Source of the DNA: Kofleriaceae bacterium
GTDB lineage: Bacteria; Myxococcota_A; Polyangia; Haliangiales; Haliangiaceae
Assembly (NCBI GenBank): GCA_965215005.1
Contig: CBDCCZ010000004.1
Span: forward strand, 96,001 to 160,000
Direction: 5' to 3'
DNA: 64,000 bases
The notes beneath the pieces are model-generated. The model was not told the DNA's origin. It did no database searches and saw nothing but the letters and a program-made list of their open reading frames with translations. The translations under genes were made by a program, and so were the position numbers. Of the stretch, positions 54,461 through 64,000 are shown one piece after another; position 1 is the first letter of the stretch, and each line of letters starts with the position of its first letter.

Positions 54461-54772
54461 ATGCGAGCATTGACATTCATTTTGGCGGGGCTGCTCGCCT
54501 CGGCCACCGCGGCTGGTTGCAAGGATCGAGACGTCGAACACGAAGGCGCACTCGAGAACAATCTCGAACAAGCCGGCACTGACATCGGTCAGGGTGCCGA
54601 AGCAGCCGGACAAGAGCTGCAGCACGATACGCGCGAAGCGGCCCAGGATATCGAGCAAGCGGCAAAAGCGGCTGGCGCGGAAATCAATCAAGAGGCCAAC
54701 GAAATGGGACGCGAGCTCGACCATGCAGGCGACCACGCAGAGGCTGAGTTGGACGAGGAAATGGCCGACTAG
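54461..54772 (+). CDS. Small acidic helical-repeat lipoprotein (LEA/stress-like)
   Basis: AAGGAG RBS; lipobox AAGC; ~11-aa periodic 'EQAG..I' repeats. Confidence 0.8.
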   Translation: MRALTFILAGLLASATAAGCKDRDVEHEGALENNLEQAGTDIGQGAEAAGQELQHDTREAAQDIEQAAKAAGAEINQEANEMGRELDHAGDHAEAELDEEMAD

Positions 54773-55014
54773 TACGCCGCCGCGGGGCTCGTGACGCAGA
54801 AACCCCCGATGCGGGGCAAGGGCGGCAGATTACTGCTGCTCAGGTGCCCCGTTCGGCGTCTCCCCAAGCAATTGTTGTTTTTCGAGCGGTTCACGACTTC
54901 CGCCGTGAACCGCTCGTACGCCGCCGCGGGGCTCGTGACGCAGAAACCCGCCGCCCCGATGCGGAGCACGGGCGGCAGATCTCTGCTACTCGCGCGCCAT
55001 TGTCGCGTTGCTAG
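54768..55014. mobile_element. Tandem copies (one near-complete, one partial) of the palindromic element found in the GNAT gene
   Basis: Starts at ACTAG overlapping the lipoprotein stop; copy 1 at 54768-54916, partial copy 2 at 54913-~54991; next CTAG at 55011. Confidence 0.8.
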
Positions 55015-55087
55015 CGGGTTGCCGACTTACGCTGGAATCCACTCGCTCGTGACCCTGGCGCGGCTGCTGTAACACCCGCAATGTTTT

Positions 55088-55208
55088 ATTAGCCTCGGGA
55101 CCCTGCCGTGAGCAGAGGCTCGTGTTGCGTGACCGTCCAAGTCTCGTGCGAAACCGTGAGCCGAAGGGCTCCCGTAAGCACGCAGGCAACGCGGGGTCGC
55201 GAGGCTAG
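55088..55208 (+). ncRNA. Candidate ~120-nt multibranched structured RNA or small inverted-repeat element
   Basis: tagcctcgggaccctgc pairs with gcggggtcgcgaggcta; internal gagc/gctc, cgtgc/gcacg and gagcc-GAAG-ggctc stems. Confidence 0.4.
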
Positions 55209-55280
55209 TTGTCTTTGTTTATCCCCTTAACCAATAGCTCGCGTTGAGCGACGGCAAGGCTGCCGCACTACTGGGCCGCA

Positions 55281-57160
55281 CTACTGGTTGGCTCGCAGTG
55301 CGGCGGGGCAGTCCATGGCCGCTTCACCTCGCGCTCGTGCGACGATGCCGACGCGCTCCGCCGAGTCGTCGGCGCCTACCACACCGAGCCGCTCTGCCGG
55401 GAGGCCGCGCTCGACCAGGCGCGCTTTGATCGCTTCCGCGCGCTGCCTGCGAGCCGCTCTTTGCTCCCACGGCAATGAGCCACTCGGTAACCTCGGGATT
55501 GGCGCGCATGAGAAGTGCAGCTTGATCCACGATGACCTCGCCGCCGCGGGCGCAGCCTGCCACCGGCGAAGGCTGGTAGTTGCGCGAACATGAGCTTATC
55601 GCCTTCGAGCGTTACTAGCTGAGCGCCGCCGCTGTCGGGGCAGCCGTCGAAATCGTCGACGCCGTTGATCACCTCCGGCTCGCTGGGACATTGATCTTCA
55701 CCGTCGTCGATGCCATCGCCGTCGTTGTCGAGATCAGGGCAGCCATCTTGGTCTTCGAAGCCATCGATGTCTTCGCGACAGAGACTGCAGCTATCGGCAT
55801 CATCGGCGATGCCGTCGTTGTCGTTGTCGGCATCAGGGCAGCCATCTTCATCCAGAAATCCGTCGACGTCCTCACTGTCCTCTGGGCAGGCATCGACATC
55901 ATCCATCACACCATCGCCGTCTGAATCGCGCGCGCCGGCAGGACAGCCATCATCGGGTGACGGCGGCGCCCCGTCTTCTGCGTTCATGGGGCATCGGTCC
56001 TCCAGATCATTGATGCCGTCGCCGTCGTTATCGGCATCGGGGCAGCCATCGTCGTCCTCGAAGCCATCTAAATCCTCGCGCTCATTGGGGCAGCGATCCG
56101 TGGCGTCGTCGCGCATGTCGCCGTCATTGTCGTCGTCTGGACAGCCGTCGCTATCTTCGAAGCCGTCGCGATCTTCACTCACGAGCGGGCAGCGGTCGTC
56201 GCGATTGCTGATGCCGTCGGCATCGTCATCGGCATAGTCGGGCGACCAGCCGATCGCCACGAATGCCCGAACCGCAGGAGCACCGATGCCGCGCATCACT
56301 CCACCGCCACCGCCGGCAAGCACGCTGAGGTCACTGGTGGCGCGAACACGGACCGCACCGGTAAGCTCCAGAGGGCTCGACGCTTGGTCGAAGGCGGGAA
56401 TCCCGCTGCGCCCAAACAGCTCGCCAATGATGGCGACTCGACGCGTGCCTGCAACGCTAGCAGCAGCCCCATACGTGAGCTGCTGGCCGACGTCGCTCGC
56501 GTAGAGCTCGCGCGGTTTGCGCAGGATGACGCCGGCGTTGACGCCCGCACTAACGATGCCGCGAGACCACTGCGCGGCGAGTCGGCCGCGCAGAGTTGGC
56601 AGGTCGTCGCCAAGAAACTGGCTGCCACCGGCGCCGACGCTAGTCGGCAGCGTGATGCCGCCAATCGCCGCCAGCGCAACGGGACCGGATTGAGCCAGCG
56701 GTGTCTTGGCTTCGAGCCGCAGATCGCCGATGCCGGTGGACTGGATGCCGTCCAGCGCAGGACCGCCGCTGCTCGGCTCGAGTCCTTCGCCCGTGATGGA
56801 GAAAATCACCGGCAATGCGACTCCGAGCTGGAGCCGAGGCGAGAGTCCGTACGCCAGCACGGCCTCTGCGGCCAGCAGCGTCTGCACGACCTCGGTGCGC
56901 TCGCTGGTTAGGTCGTCGTCGCGAACGTTCCAGACGGTGAACGGATGGGTGAGAAACGTGACCAGTAGGTCGGCGCTGAGCGCGCCCGGACCGGTCAACT
57001 CCGCGTTGTCGACGGTGAGGAACGAGCGTTGGCCGAGCGAATACTCAAACAGCTGGACGCCGATAGCTGCATCGAACGGTGGCTCGGCCTGCGCCTGCGC
57101 TGCGTTGGCAACCGTAAGCAGCGCCAAACCTAGAATCAGCTCCCCCCGAAGCATGCGCAT
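55281..57160 (-). CDS. Outer-membrane protein with thrombospondin type-3 (Ca-binding) repeats and a degenerate OmpA-like C-terminus; two frameshifts near 55547 and 55457
   Basis: Signal peptide, beta-barrel-like region, many D.DGDG..D..D.CP...ED.DGF.D.DGCP repeats; RAEAIK..LV..G....RL continues in other frames. Confidence 0.85.
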
Positions 57161-57413
57161 GAAGCGAGTGTAGCCCCGTGGGCAGCGGGGTTCCTAGCGT
57201 GGGAAGCCGCTGGATTGCGGCGCAACGGCTGCCCCCGTCCTGGATGACACGCAGTCGCGCGAGTTTCGTACGCAGGCCTGGCGTTGGCCGCGTATTGACG
57301 CTCCGCAGCGTCGATGGTAGTCGTCGAAGGTAAGGCTCGATTGCACGCTGGACGGTCTTTGCGCCGCGCGTGCTGGCTACGCGACCGTTGCACAATACAA
57401 CACCGGGGCTGCC

Positions 57414-58052
57414 ATGCATCACACCGACACGTCTGAGATCCTGCTACGCGGAGTGCGTTCTACGCTCGAGGCATGGGCGCCTAAGCAGGGCGACCATGAA
57501 GTGCTGTATTGGGTGCTTCGGCTGCAACTTGCCGAGACGGGGCTTGCGGATGGTGCGACGGTCGCTGATGTGACCGAGCGAATTCCGGCGCCGGTGCGCA
57601 GCGCTGCGGTTGAGCAATTCCGCGCAGCCACGGAGTACTTCGACGACGTGCGCTACGCGGCGCTCGAGCCGATCACCCAGGTTTGGGGCACGCTCGTCAA
57701 TGCAGCTCGCGTCGCCGCCGATAGCGCTCGTGCCACCGCAGTGCAAAAGCGGGTGTTTGCGGTGCCCGTGGAGACGTTGGTGAGTTTCTTCCGTGCCGCG
57801 CGCGAGCGCATGGAGGTCGCCGATGAGCTGTTCCACGTGTTCAAAGCGATGCCGGCCCCGGAATGTCAGGCACTCGCGGCGTTGCTCAACGTGCACGTCG
57901 ATGCGCGCCTCGACGGCGAGACGCTGTGTCGCCTGGTGCGTCTGCTCGATCACGAGGGTCCGATGAGCGCTGAGGAGCAAGCCGATTTGCAGGCAATCTC
58001 CAACACTCGTCTGGTGCACGCCGCCTTCACGGGACTTCGCGCCAACGCTTAG
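57414..58052 (+). CDS. Hypothetical helical protein (212 aa)
   Basis: ORF with typical composition filling the gap between two minus-strand genes. Confidence 0.65.
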   Translation: MHHTDTSEILLRGVRSTLEAWAPKQGDHEVLYWVLRLQLAETGLADGATVADVTERIPAPVRSAAVEQFRAATEYFDDVRYAALEPITQVWGTLVNAARVAADSARATAVQKRVFAVPVETLVSFFRAARERMEVADELFHVFKAMPAPECQALAALLNVHVDARLDGETLCRLVRLLDHEGPMSAEEQADLQAISNTRLVHAAFTGLRANA

Positions 58053-58146
58053 CTCATCGTCATTCTCGGCGGTGAGAATCCGATGCGAGACCTGAGCGGA
58101 AATTCACCGCCCTTGCCTCGCATCGTAGCGGCCTAAGGATCACGAC

Positions 58147-58974
58147 TCAGTCGTCATCGGGCAAGCGGAAGCGAAACGTCCACACGATCGTCGAGGCAAC
58201 CGGACGATCGCTGGTGTCGATGGCAGGCTCGAAACGGAGTTTTTTTGCGAGCCGGAGCGCGAGCTCGTCGAGTCCATATCCAAGCCGAGTCACCAGCTCA
58301 CGCTCGACTACACGGCCGCGCGCATCGACCAACAGGCGCACGTTGAGGGTCCCTTCGACCTGCCGGCGGCGCGCTTCGGGAGGGTAATCTTTGCCCGCGT
58401 CGAAGAAATCCGTGTCGCCTATGGGAACGGCGCGGCGCTTGAGCGATGCCACGGAAACCGGGCGAGGCGCATCGCTGCTATCGCCTCCGCCTCCGCCGGT
58501 ATTGGTGCCGCTGCCGCCACGACCCACCGCGCGCGTGGTAGGTCGGCCAACAGCCACCGGAGGCCCGCTGCCGGCGACGCCGAGGTCGGGCATCTTGATG
58601 ACCGGAGCCGGTGGCCCCGCGGCCGACGGGGTGCCGGCCGCAGCTTCCGTGGGAGCCTGCGGCGGCGGTGCCGTGGCTACGGGTGGTGTGGGCGCAACGC
58701 GCTTTGGCTCAGGCTCGTCGATCGGCTCGGGTTCAGGCTCGGGCTCGGTAATCGGCTCGGGTTCAGGGTCGGGCTCGATGATTGGCTCAGGTTCGGGGTC
58801 GAGCTCGGGCTCGTCAACCGGCTCGGGCTCGATGAGCTCGAGCTCGATCGGCGGCTCCGGCGGCGGGCGCCGGTCGAGCCACCGGCTCGTCGCATAGAGC
58901 CCTCCTCCGAGCGTCGCGTGTATTGCCAGGGTCAAGAGAGGAGGCACCAGCCGCGACGACCACGAGCGATCCAT
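58147..58974 (-). CDS. tonB: Energy transducer TonB
   Basis: N-terminal TM with His (LAIH), (EP)n spacer, YP.EARR..VEG...V...VD..G.V, RF.PA. Confidence 0.92.
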   Translation of the reverse strand: MDRSWSSRLVPPLLTLAIHATLGGGLYATSRWLDRRPPPEPPIELELIEPEPVDEPELDPEPEPIIEPDPEPEPITEPEPEPEPIDEPEPKRVAPTPPVATAPPPQAPTEAAAGTPSAAGPPAPVIKMPDLGVAGSGPPVAVGRPTTRAVGRGGSGTNTGGGGGDSSDAPRPVSVASLKRRAVPIGDTDFFDAGKDYPPEARRRQVEGTLNVRLLVDARGRVVERELVTRLGYGLDELALRLAKKLRFEPAIDTSDRPVASTIVWTFRFRLPDDD

Positions 58975-58983
58975 CGCTGCACG

Positions 58984-59424
58984 CTACGGCTCCGCCGGCA
59001 GCTCACTGCCGAGCGGATCGCTGGTGATGGCAAACTTGCTAATGCCTGCCTGTTTGACGAAGTCGATGACCCGCATGACCTCGCCGTGAGGGACTGAGGC
59101 ATCGGCGCTAATGATTGCCTTTGCTTCGTCGTCAGCTGCGCGCAGCTCCACCACTCGTGCCTTTGCCGCCTCGTAGGAAGGGTAGGGATCGCCGTTGACA
59201 TAGACCTGCCGGTCGCGGTCGATGGTGACCTGTAAAGTGCTCTTGACCTCATTGCCGCTCGCCGTCTTTGGTTGCTCAACCTCGATACCACGCGCCACGA
59301 TGAGCTGCGCCGTCACCATGAAGATGATGAGCAGCACCAGCACAACGTCGACCAGTGGCGTGACGTTGATATCGCTGATCGCACCGGTCGACTCTTCGTC
59401 TTGATAGAGCGAGCCCCCCGCCAT
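58984..59424 (-). CDS. exbD: ExbD/TolR family protein
   Basis: INVTPLVDVVLVLLIIFMVT, I.AD..V.HG.V..V.D..K.AG. Confidence 0.93.
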   Translation of the reverse strand: MAGGSLYQDEESTGAISDINVTPLVDVVLVLLIIFMVTAQLIVARGIEVEQPKTASGNEVKSTLQVTIDRDRQVYVNGDPYPSYEAAKARVVELRAADDEAKAIISADASVPHGEVMRVIDFVKQAGISKFAITSDPLGSELPAEP

Positions 59425-60068
59425 CAGCCCACCTCACGCTCGTGCTCGCGAGCGTGCAGACCGCCGAGGATCGCGTGCGCCACCTCATCTGTGGCGATGA
59501 GTGCGGCACGAACGCGACGGTTGAAGTAGTTAAACGCGATCACCGCCGGGATGGCTACTAACAGCCCCACGGCGGTCGCCACCAGCGCCTCCGAGATGCC
59601 ACTCATCACCACGTCGGCTCCGCCTTGCGTATCCTGCGACAGATCTTCGAAAGCTTTGATGATCCCGAGGACGGTGCCAAACAAGCCGATGAATGGTGCG
59701 TTGTTGCCAAGGGTGCCGAGCACGATGAGGAGTCGCTCGTGCTCACCTCGACCCCGCGTCTTCTCGCTGTTCATCGCTTCGGCCGCGGCTTCGACCCCGT
59801 GATCGCGTTCGCGCAGCCCGCGTACCGCCACCCGGGCGGCGAGCGCTTGCGAGTCGCCATACTGCTGCTCGACCGCGCTCGGGTCATCGTCTGCAACTGC
59901 CTTGCGAGCTGCCGCTACCAAGGCTTCGGCGTCGATGCGGCGGGCGCGAAAGTACAGCGCGCGTTCGATCATCACGCCGACGGAGAGAATGGAGAGCGCG
60001 ACCAGGAGCCAGAGCACCCACTCGGCGCCGAGCAGCGTGAAGTTGAGAAACTGTTCGGTGAGATTCAT
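59424..60068 (-). CDS. exbB: ExbB/TolQ family proton channel
   Basis: [39 protein letters not shown]. Confidence 0.93.
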   Translation of the reverse strand: MNLTEQFLNFTLLGAEWVLWLLVALSILSVGVMIERALYFRARRIDAEALVAAARKAVADDDPSAVEQQYGDSQALAARVAVRGLRERDHGVEAAAEAMNSEKTRGRGEHERLLIVLGTLGNNAPFIGLFGTVLGIIKAFEDLSQDTQGGADVVMSGISEALVATAVGLLVAIPAVIAFNYFNRRVRAALIATDEVAHAILGGLHAREHEREVG

Positions 60069-60128
60069 GGAAGGCCTATCGAGGAGCTGTCCGGTGCGAC
60101 CGACGCGGCGTCGAGAAGGATGCTCGAA

Positions 60129-61202
60129 TCATGCAGGAAAACCATCGACGTCTTTAATCACTTCGCGCATCACCGCGGTGGCGTACGCTCCGGCCGGCAA
60201 ATCGAAGCCGACCTCGATGCAGTCGCCGTCGACCATGACAACGGTCACTCGCCCGAGGTCCACGGCGATGGGCCGACGAGTTCCGGCCGATAGTTTGCCG
60301 CCGGCGCGAAACGTTTCCAACGTGATGCCGTTGTTAGCAAGAATCGCCTGTTCCCGCATCGCTGCCACGCTTTCCGTCGCTGGTTGGCGCATGCGGGGAC
60401 CGAACATCGGTCCCGTAGGAACCACTTCGCCAGCGTGCAGCCGCGGCTCGTCGTGCTGCGGATCTTCGCACACGAAAATCCCGCCGGAGACACGCTTTTG
60501 CAGGACGTCACCGGGCCACACGCGGGCAAAATCGCCACTCAAAATACGGTCGCGCAGGTACTCGTTGAATAGCGCCGATTGAAACGCGGAAATGAAGAGT
60601 CGTCGCTGGCGACCGCGTGCAGAACGCGGGATGTGTCCTTCGCCGGTGAGGATGGCGCGACCAACGGCGGCGTTGTCACCCGCGGAGCCAAATCGCTGGC
60701 CGCCAAACCAATTGGGCGCCCCCGGCGCGGACGCTAACTGCGCAAAGATGGCTTCAGCGCGCGCCGCGGCCTCGTCCGCTGGCACCGCTAGCTTGCGCAG
60801 TCGGAGTACGAAGCGATTGCCCCGCAAGTGCCCCGTGCGGAGCTTGTGGGGGTGACGCACCGCGCTGAGTACGGTGAGACCTTCGGAGCTGGCGGCCGAG
60901 GCTGCTTCGGGAGTTGCTGGCGGTGGTAGCGACAACATCTGCCGCGTCACTGCGTGGCGATCTTTCATGCCCGCCCAGCCGACGTCGCGGGGCTCGACAC
61001 CCACGGCGATGGCAAGTCGGCGCGCGGCTTCGGAGGTGGTGAGTCCGCGCTTTTCGATGCAAGCGAAGACGTGGTCCCCTTGTCCTTCCGGTTCGTAAAC
61101 CGGCAACTCCTCGACGTGAAAGTCCTCGGGCGTGGTGCGCAGAACGCCTCCCGTACCGGGCAGCGCGGCGGTCAGGAGTGGGAGCTCGACAGGCGCGGAC
61201 AT
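60129..61202 (-). CDS. truD: tRNA pseudouridine(13) synthase TruD
   Basis: PEDF.VEE, AG.KDR.AVT.Q, KL..GHL.GN.F, PNWFG.QRFG, SA.QS.LFN, F.LP.G.YAT. Confidence 0.95.
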   Translation of the reverse strand: MSAPVELPLLTAALPGTGGVLRTTPEDFHVEELPVYEPEGQGDHVFACIEKRGLTTSEAARRLAIAVGVEPRDVGWAGMKDRHAVTRQMLSLPPPATPEAASAASSEGLTVLSAVRHPHKLRTGHLRGNRFVLRLRKLAVPADEAAARAEAIFAQLASAPGAPNWFGGQRFGSAGDNAAVGRAILTGEGHIPRSARGRQRRLFISAFQSALFNEYLRDRILSGDFARVWPGDVLQKRVSGGIFVCEDPQHDEPRLHAGEVVPTGPMFGPRMRQPATESVAAMREQAILANNGITLETFRAGGKLSAGTRRPIAVDLGRVTVVMVDGDCIEVGFDLPAGAYATAVMREVIKDVDGFPA

Positions 61203-61362
61203 GGCGACAGCTTACTCCAGCGTATCCCGAAGTACGACGCCGCAGCAGTTGCGAGCGCGGGCAAGGGTAGCGAGATGCTGCTGGCACCTCTACTGTTGTT
61301 CGGGTGGGATTCGGGCATGGGCACGTAGCCGCCGCGCGGCCACACCGCACAGGAGAGACGTC

Positions 61363-62325
61363 ATGAACAACATCCACGTGCTGCTGACCGCCGTGCTGCT
61401 GGCTGCAACCGGCTGCGCCGGCCGATACCCCCGCCCCGATACCGCCAAGTCCGGCGCTGCGGCAAACACCAACGCGGTGGCCGCCGCGGGACTACCCTAT
61501 CGAGTGCTGCTCGGCAAAGGCGGTCGCGAGCTCTCTGACGATGAGCTGCTCGCCCAGCTCGGCAGGGCGCAGGCGATCTGCATTGGCGAAACGCATCCCA
61601 ACCCGCACGACCACTGGGCGCAGCTCACCCTTTTGCAGCGCATTACCGCGACGCGACGTGGCCCCACCGCCCTGGGAATGGAGATGTTTCAGCGGCCGTT
61701 TCAGGGGGTTCTCGATGACTACGGCAGCGGTCGCATCGACGAAGATGCACTGCTCGTGCGCAGCGACTGGGCGTCGCGCTGGGGATTTGATTTCGCGCTA
61801 TATCGGCCGATGGTCGAGTTGGCGCGCGATCGTGGGCTGACGCTGCTTGCGCTCAACGCGCCGCGTGAGCTGACCAAGAAGGTCGCGCGGCGTGGCGTCG
61901 GAGGCTTGAGTGACGGCGAGCGCGCGCAGTTGCCGGAGATGGTGCTCGATGACGCCGAGCATCGCGCGTGGTGGGACGACATCATGGGGGGCATCGAGCA
62001 TGGTCACGGCCCGCACGGAAGCGAACGCTCTGGCGATAGCATCTACGCTGCGCAAGTCTTGTGGGATGAGACCATGGCTGAAACTGCCGCTCGCTGGCTA
62101 ACTGATCAGCCAGGCGGGCTCGTGGTCATTCTCGCCGGCAACGGCCACTGCCACGACTTGGCCATTGTGCGCCGGCTGCAGCGTCGGGGCATCGAGCGCG
62201 CGGTATCGGTGTTGCCGATTGTGGACGATGGCCAGGGCAATGTAGCTGCCGAGCTGGCGGCGCCCCTTCACGACTACTTGTTCGTAATGAGCAGAGGGGA
62301 CGAGAGTCTGGGCTCACGAGACTGA
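61363..62325 (+). CDS. ChaN/PhuW-like lipoprotein
   Basis: AGGAG RBS; lipobox ATGC; GE.H....DH..Q, LGMEMF, W.F.F.LY.P, AQ.LWD.TMA, AG.GH. Confidence 0.85.
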   Translation: MNNIHVLLTAVLLAATGCAGRYPRPDTAKSGAAANTNAVAAAGLPYRVLLGKGGRELSDDELLAQLGRAQAICIGETHPNPHDHWAQLTLLQRITATRRGPTALGMEMFQRPFQGVLDDYGSGRIDEDALLVRSDWASRWGFDFALYRPMVELARDRGLTLLALNAPRELTKKVARRGVGGLSDGERAQLPEMVLDDAEHRAWWDDIMGGIEHGHGPHGSERSGDSIYAAQVLWDETMAETAARWLTDQPGGLVVILAGNGHCHDLAIVRRLQRRGIERAVSVLPIVDDGQGNVAAELAAPLHDYLFVMSRGDESLGSRD

Positions 62326-62398
62326 CGACGGATGCGGTTGGCTTCGCTGCGGTGCAAGGGCTGCTACGGCAGGAATGACACGGGTAGGGCGCCTCGCC

Positions 62399-62593
62399 TC
62401 ATCCGACACGCCGCGCCGGTTCTTGGCGATACCGATAGGGGCGATACCAAGAACCGTCGGGATTGCGAATGGCACAGCTGTTATCTCCATAACTTCTTGC
62501 TTTATAGAGAGCTTCAGCGAGGGTTCGGAAGCGCGGTCCCCGCCGGAGACCGTGCGCATGAGAGATCCAGATTTCGTACATCGGCGCCGTCAT
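62399..62593 (-). CDS. Small hypothetical protein (64 aa)
   Basis: MTAPMYEIWIS...AIRNPDGSWY: aromatic-rich and globular-looking, unlike GC shadow ORFs. Confidence 0.5.
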   Translation of the reverse strand: MTAPMYEIWISHAHGLRRGPRFRTLAEALYKARSYGDNSCAIRNPDGSWYRPYRYRQEPARRVG

Positions 62594-62657
62594 GGCGGCT
62601 CGCCGATTGCGAAATGCGTGCCCGGGACTCGTCCCGGGCACGATGCTTCACTCGCCG

Positions 62658-63998
62658 CTAGAACAGCGTGACGCGACCGCGGGCCATGATGGTTTGGTCG
62701 ACCTGCACGTCGCTGGTGAAGTAGCCGTCTTTCTCGACTCGCAAGGAGTAGTCGAGACTTACCTCGAGGAGGTCGGTGAGGATCGGCAGTCGAAAGCCGC
62801 CCGTCGCCGAAAGCGACCACAGCAAGCGATCAACGAAGTCATCGCCGGCGCGGTCGGTGTCTTTGACCGGTGCCATGACGTCGAAGCCGGCCTTGCCGAA
62901 CAACCACCGAGTCACCGTGATTTGACCATCAGCGCCGACGACGGGGCCGTGGGTATCGTAGTCATCGACCTCATTGAGGGTGACGGTGGGGCCGGTCGAG
63001 TCGCCTTCGACCACGTACAGCCCACGCGAGAGACCTTGTCGCAAACCATAGCCAACCCGGCTAGCGACGTTGAGCTTGACCAGGAGCAGGTCGAGGCTCA
63101 CCGCTTTGAGATTGGCGCCCAGCTCCTCTTGCAGCACGATGGGCGCAAATTCGGGCGCCAGCTCGACGCGCAGATTGTCTTGATTTGCCTCGTCGCCATA
63201 GGTCTCCGTTAACGTGGTGCCATCGATTTGCTGCTTGGTCAGAGTGATCTCATCCGCGTCGCTTTGCATGAACAGATAGCTGGGGAATACGGAGGTCTGA
63301 AAGCTCGCGCGCGCGTACGGCCCAACCCAGGGATTGTTGATGTTGTAGGCGTACAGCGCTTCCGCTGAGAAGATGTCGGACGTCGCGAATGCCGAGGCTG
63401 CCTGTTGGTCGAGCAGCGTGAGCTCGAGGTCGGAGCGGACGTCGAGATAGTGATTGCCGCGGTCGAACACCAAGCCGAAGTTGGCGAAAATGCCATATAC
63501 GGCTGTCGTGCCGCTGGTCTGGCCGACGACGCTGCGCTGTTGATTGAGCATGAGCGAGCCGCCACCGCTCAGGCTGACTTCGATACCGGCAATCTTCACC
63601 CCGGTCGGCAGCGCCGTGGTCACCACGCCAGAGCCGCGGAAGTCATTGCTCACCGAATCCACGACGATGACAAAGTCGGTCGTGGCGCCGGGGGCGACCA
63701 TGACAGTGGCGAAGTTGGTCGAGGTGTTGAAAGGCGCACCCGCAGTGACGACCTTATATAGACCTGGATCGAGCTCTAACATCAGCGCTTCTTTGCCAGC
63801 GGCTTCGTCGGTCGAGGTCCCCGAGGCGACCACGCGGCGGGTGGCGACGTCATACACATCGAGCTCGACCTCGGCATACTGGTCGCGGGTGTCGAGCACG
63901 TGGAGGCGCACGCCGCTGAGCTCGGTGGCAACCGCCTCGGTTGTCGGCGTGGGCGCGAAGGGATCCGCCGGTGCCGGATCCGCCGGTGCGGGATCGAG
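62658..63998 (-). CDS. Probable outer-membrane beta-barrel protein, 3' part (5' end beyond window)
   Basis: Frame open to the window edge; amphipathic beta strands; C-terminal Phe (RVTLF). Confidence 0.75.
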   Translation of the reverse strand, partial: LDPAPADPAPADPFAPTPTTEAVATELSGVRLHVLDTRDQYAEVELDVYDVATRRVVASGTSTDEAAGKEALMLELDPGLYKVVTAGAPFNTSTNFATVMVAPGATTDFVIVVDSVSNDFRGSGVVTTALPTGVKIAGIEVSLSGGGSLMLNQQRSVVGQTSGTTAVYGIFANFGLVFDRGNHYLDVRSDLELTLLDQQAASAFATSDIFSAEALYAYNINNPWVGPYARASFQTSVFPSYLFMQSDADEITLTKQQIDGTTLTETYGDEANQDNLRVELAPEFAPIVLQEELGANLKAVSLDLLLVKLNVASRVGYGLRQGLSRGLYVVEGDSTGPTVTLNEVDDYDTHGPVVGADGQITVTRWLFGKAGFDVMAPVKDTDRAGDDFVDRLLWSLSATGGFRLPILTDLLEVSLDYSLRVEKDGYFTSDVQVDQTIMARGRVTLF

Positions 63999-64000
63999 CG

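Noticed and set aside
55088..55208. c-di-GMP-I riboswitch or hammerhead ribozyme
   Set aside because: GCGAAACC is only superficially similar. The GCAAA partner motif and the CUGANGA core are absent, and it is not upstream of a gene.
58700..58835. Periodic ggctcg/ggttca repeats
   Set aside because: They encode the normal (EP)n spacer of TonB.
58984..60068. ExbB/ExbD as the missing flagellar stator
   Set aside because: They are MotA/MotB homologues but sit in an operon with tonB, and ExbD has no OmpA-like peptidoglycan-binding domain. This is an ordinary Ton/Tol-type motor.

Overview
High-GC window, probably from a Myxococcota bacterium. That taxonomy is inferred from gene content: PrkA/YeaH/SpoVR operon, Cys-rich lipoprotein, thrombospondin-3-repeat OmpA-like protein and TonB/ExbBD. 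Bases 1-~33,950 hold a large, apparently intact flagellar cluster: fliF(3' end)-fliG-H-I-J-K-flgD-E / fliM-N-O-P-Q-R-flhB-A-F-G-fliA-flgF-G-A-H-I-J-M-N-K-L / four short flagellins / fliD-S-T, plus a displaced fliL on the opposite strand. No motAB, che, csrA or fliW genes appear in the window. The rest is mostly housekeeping and envelope genes: secA (one frameshift), SDR/PlsC, DedA, LdcA, RuvX, MltG, PrkA-YeaH-SpoVR, PP2C, sulfite oxidase, OmpA-like (frameshifted), TonB-ExbD-ExbB, TruD and ChaN. The most unusual signals are non-coding. (1) A ~150-bp palindromic element bounded by (A)CTAG sits in frame inside a GNAT gene (adding 50 aa) and recurs in tandem at 54.8-55.0 kb with compensatory stem changes. 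(2) Two tandem ~120-nt hairpin units at 43.8-44.1 kb differ in sequence but share a fold, and each displays two TGGGGAGGG / CCCTCCCC motifs (candidate sRNA array). (3) Further structured-RNA candidates lie at 44.1-44.35 kb and 55.1-55.2 kb. All calls come from reading the sequence by eye; no database searches or folding programs were run.
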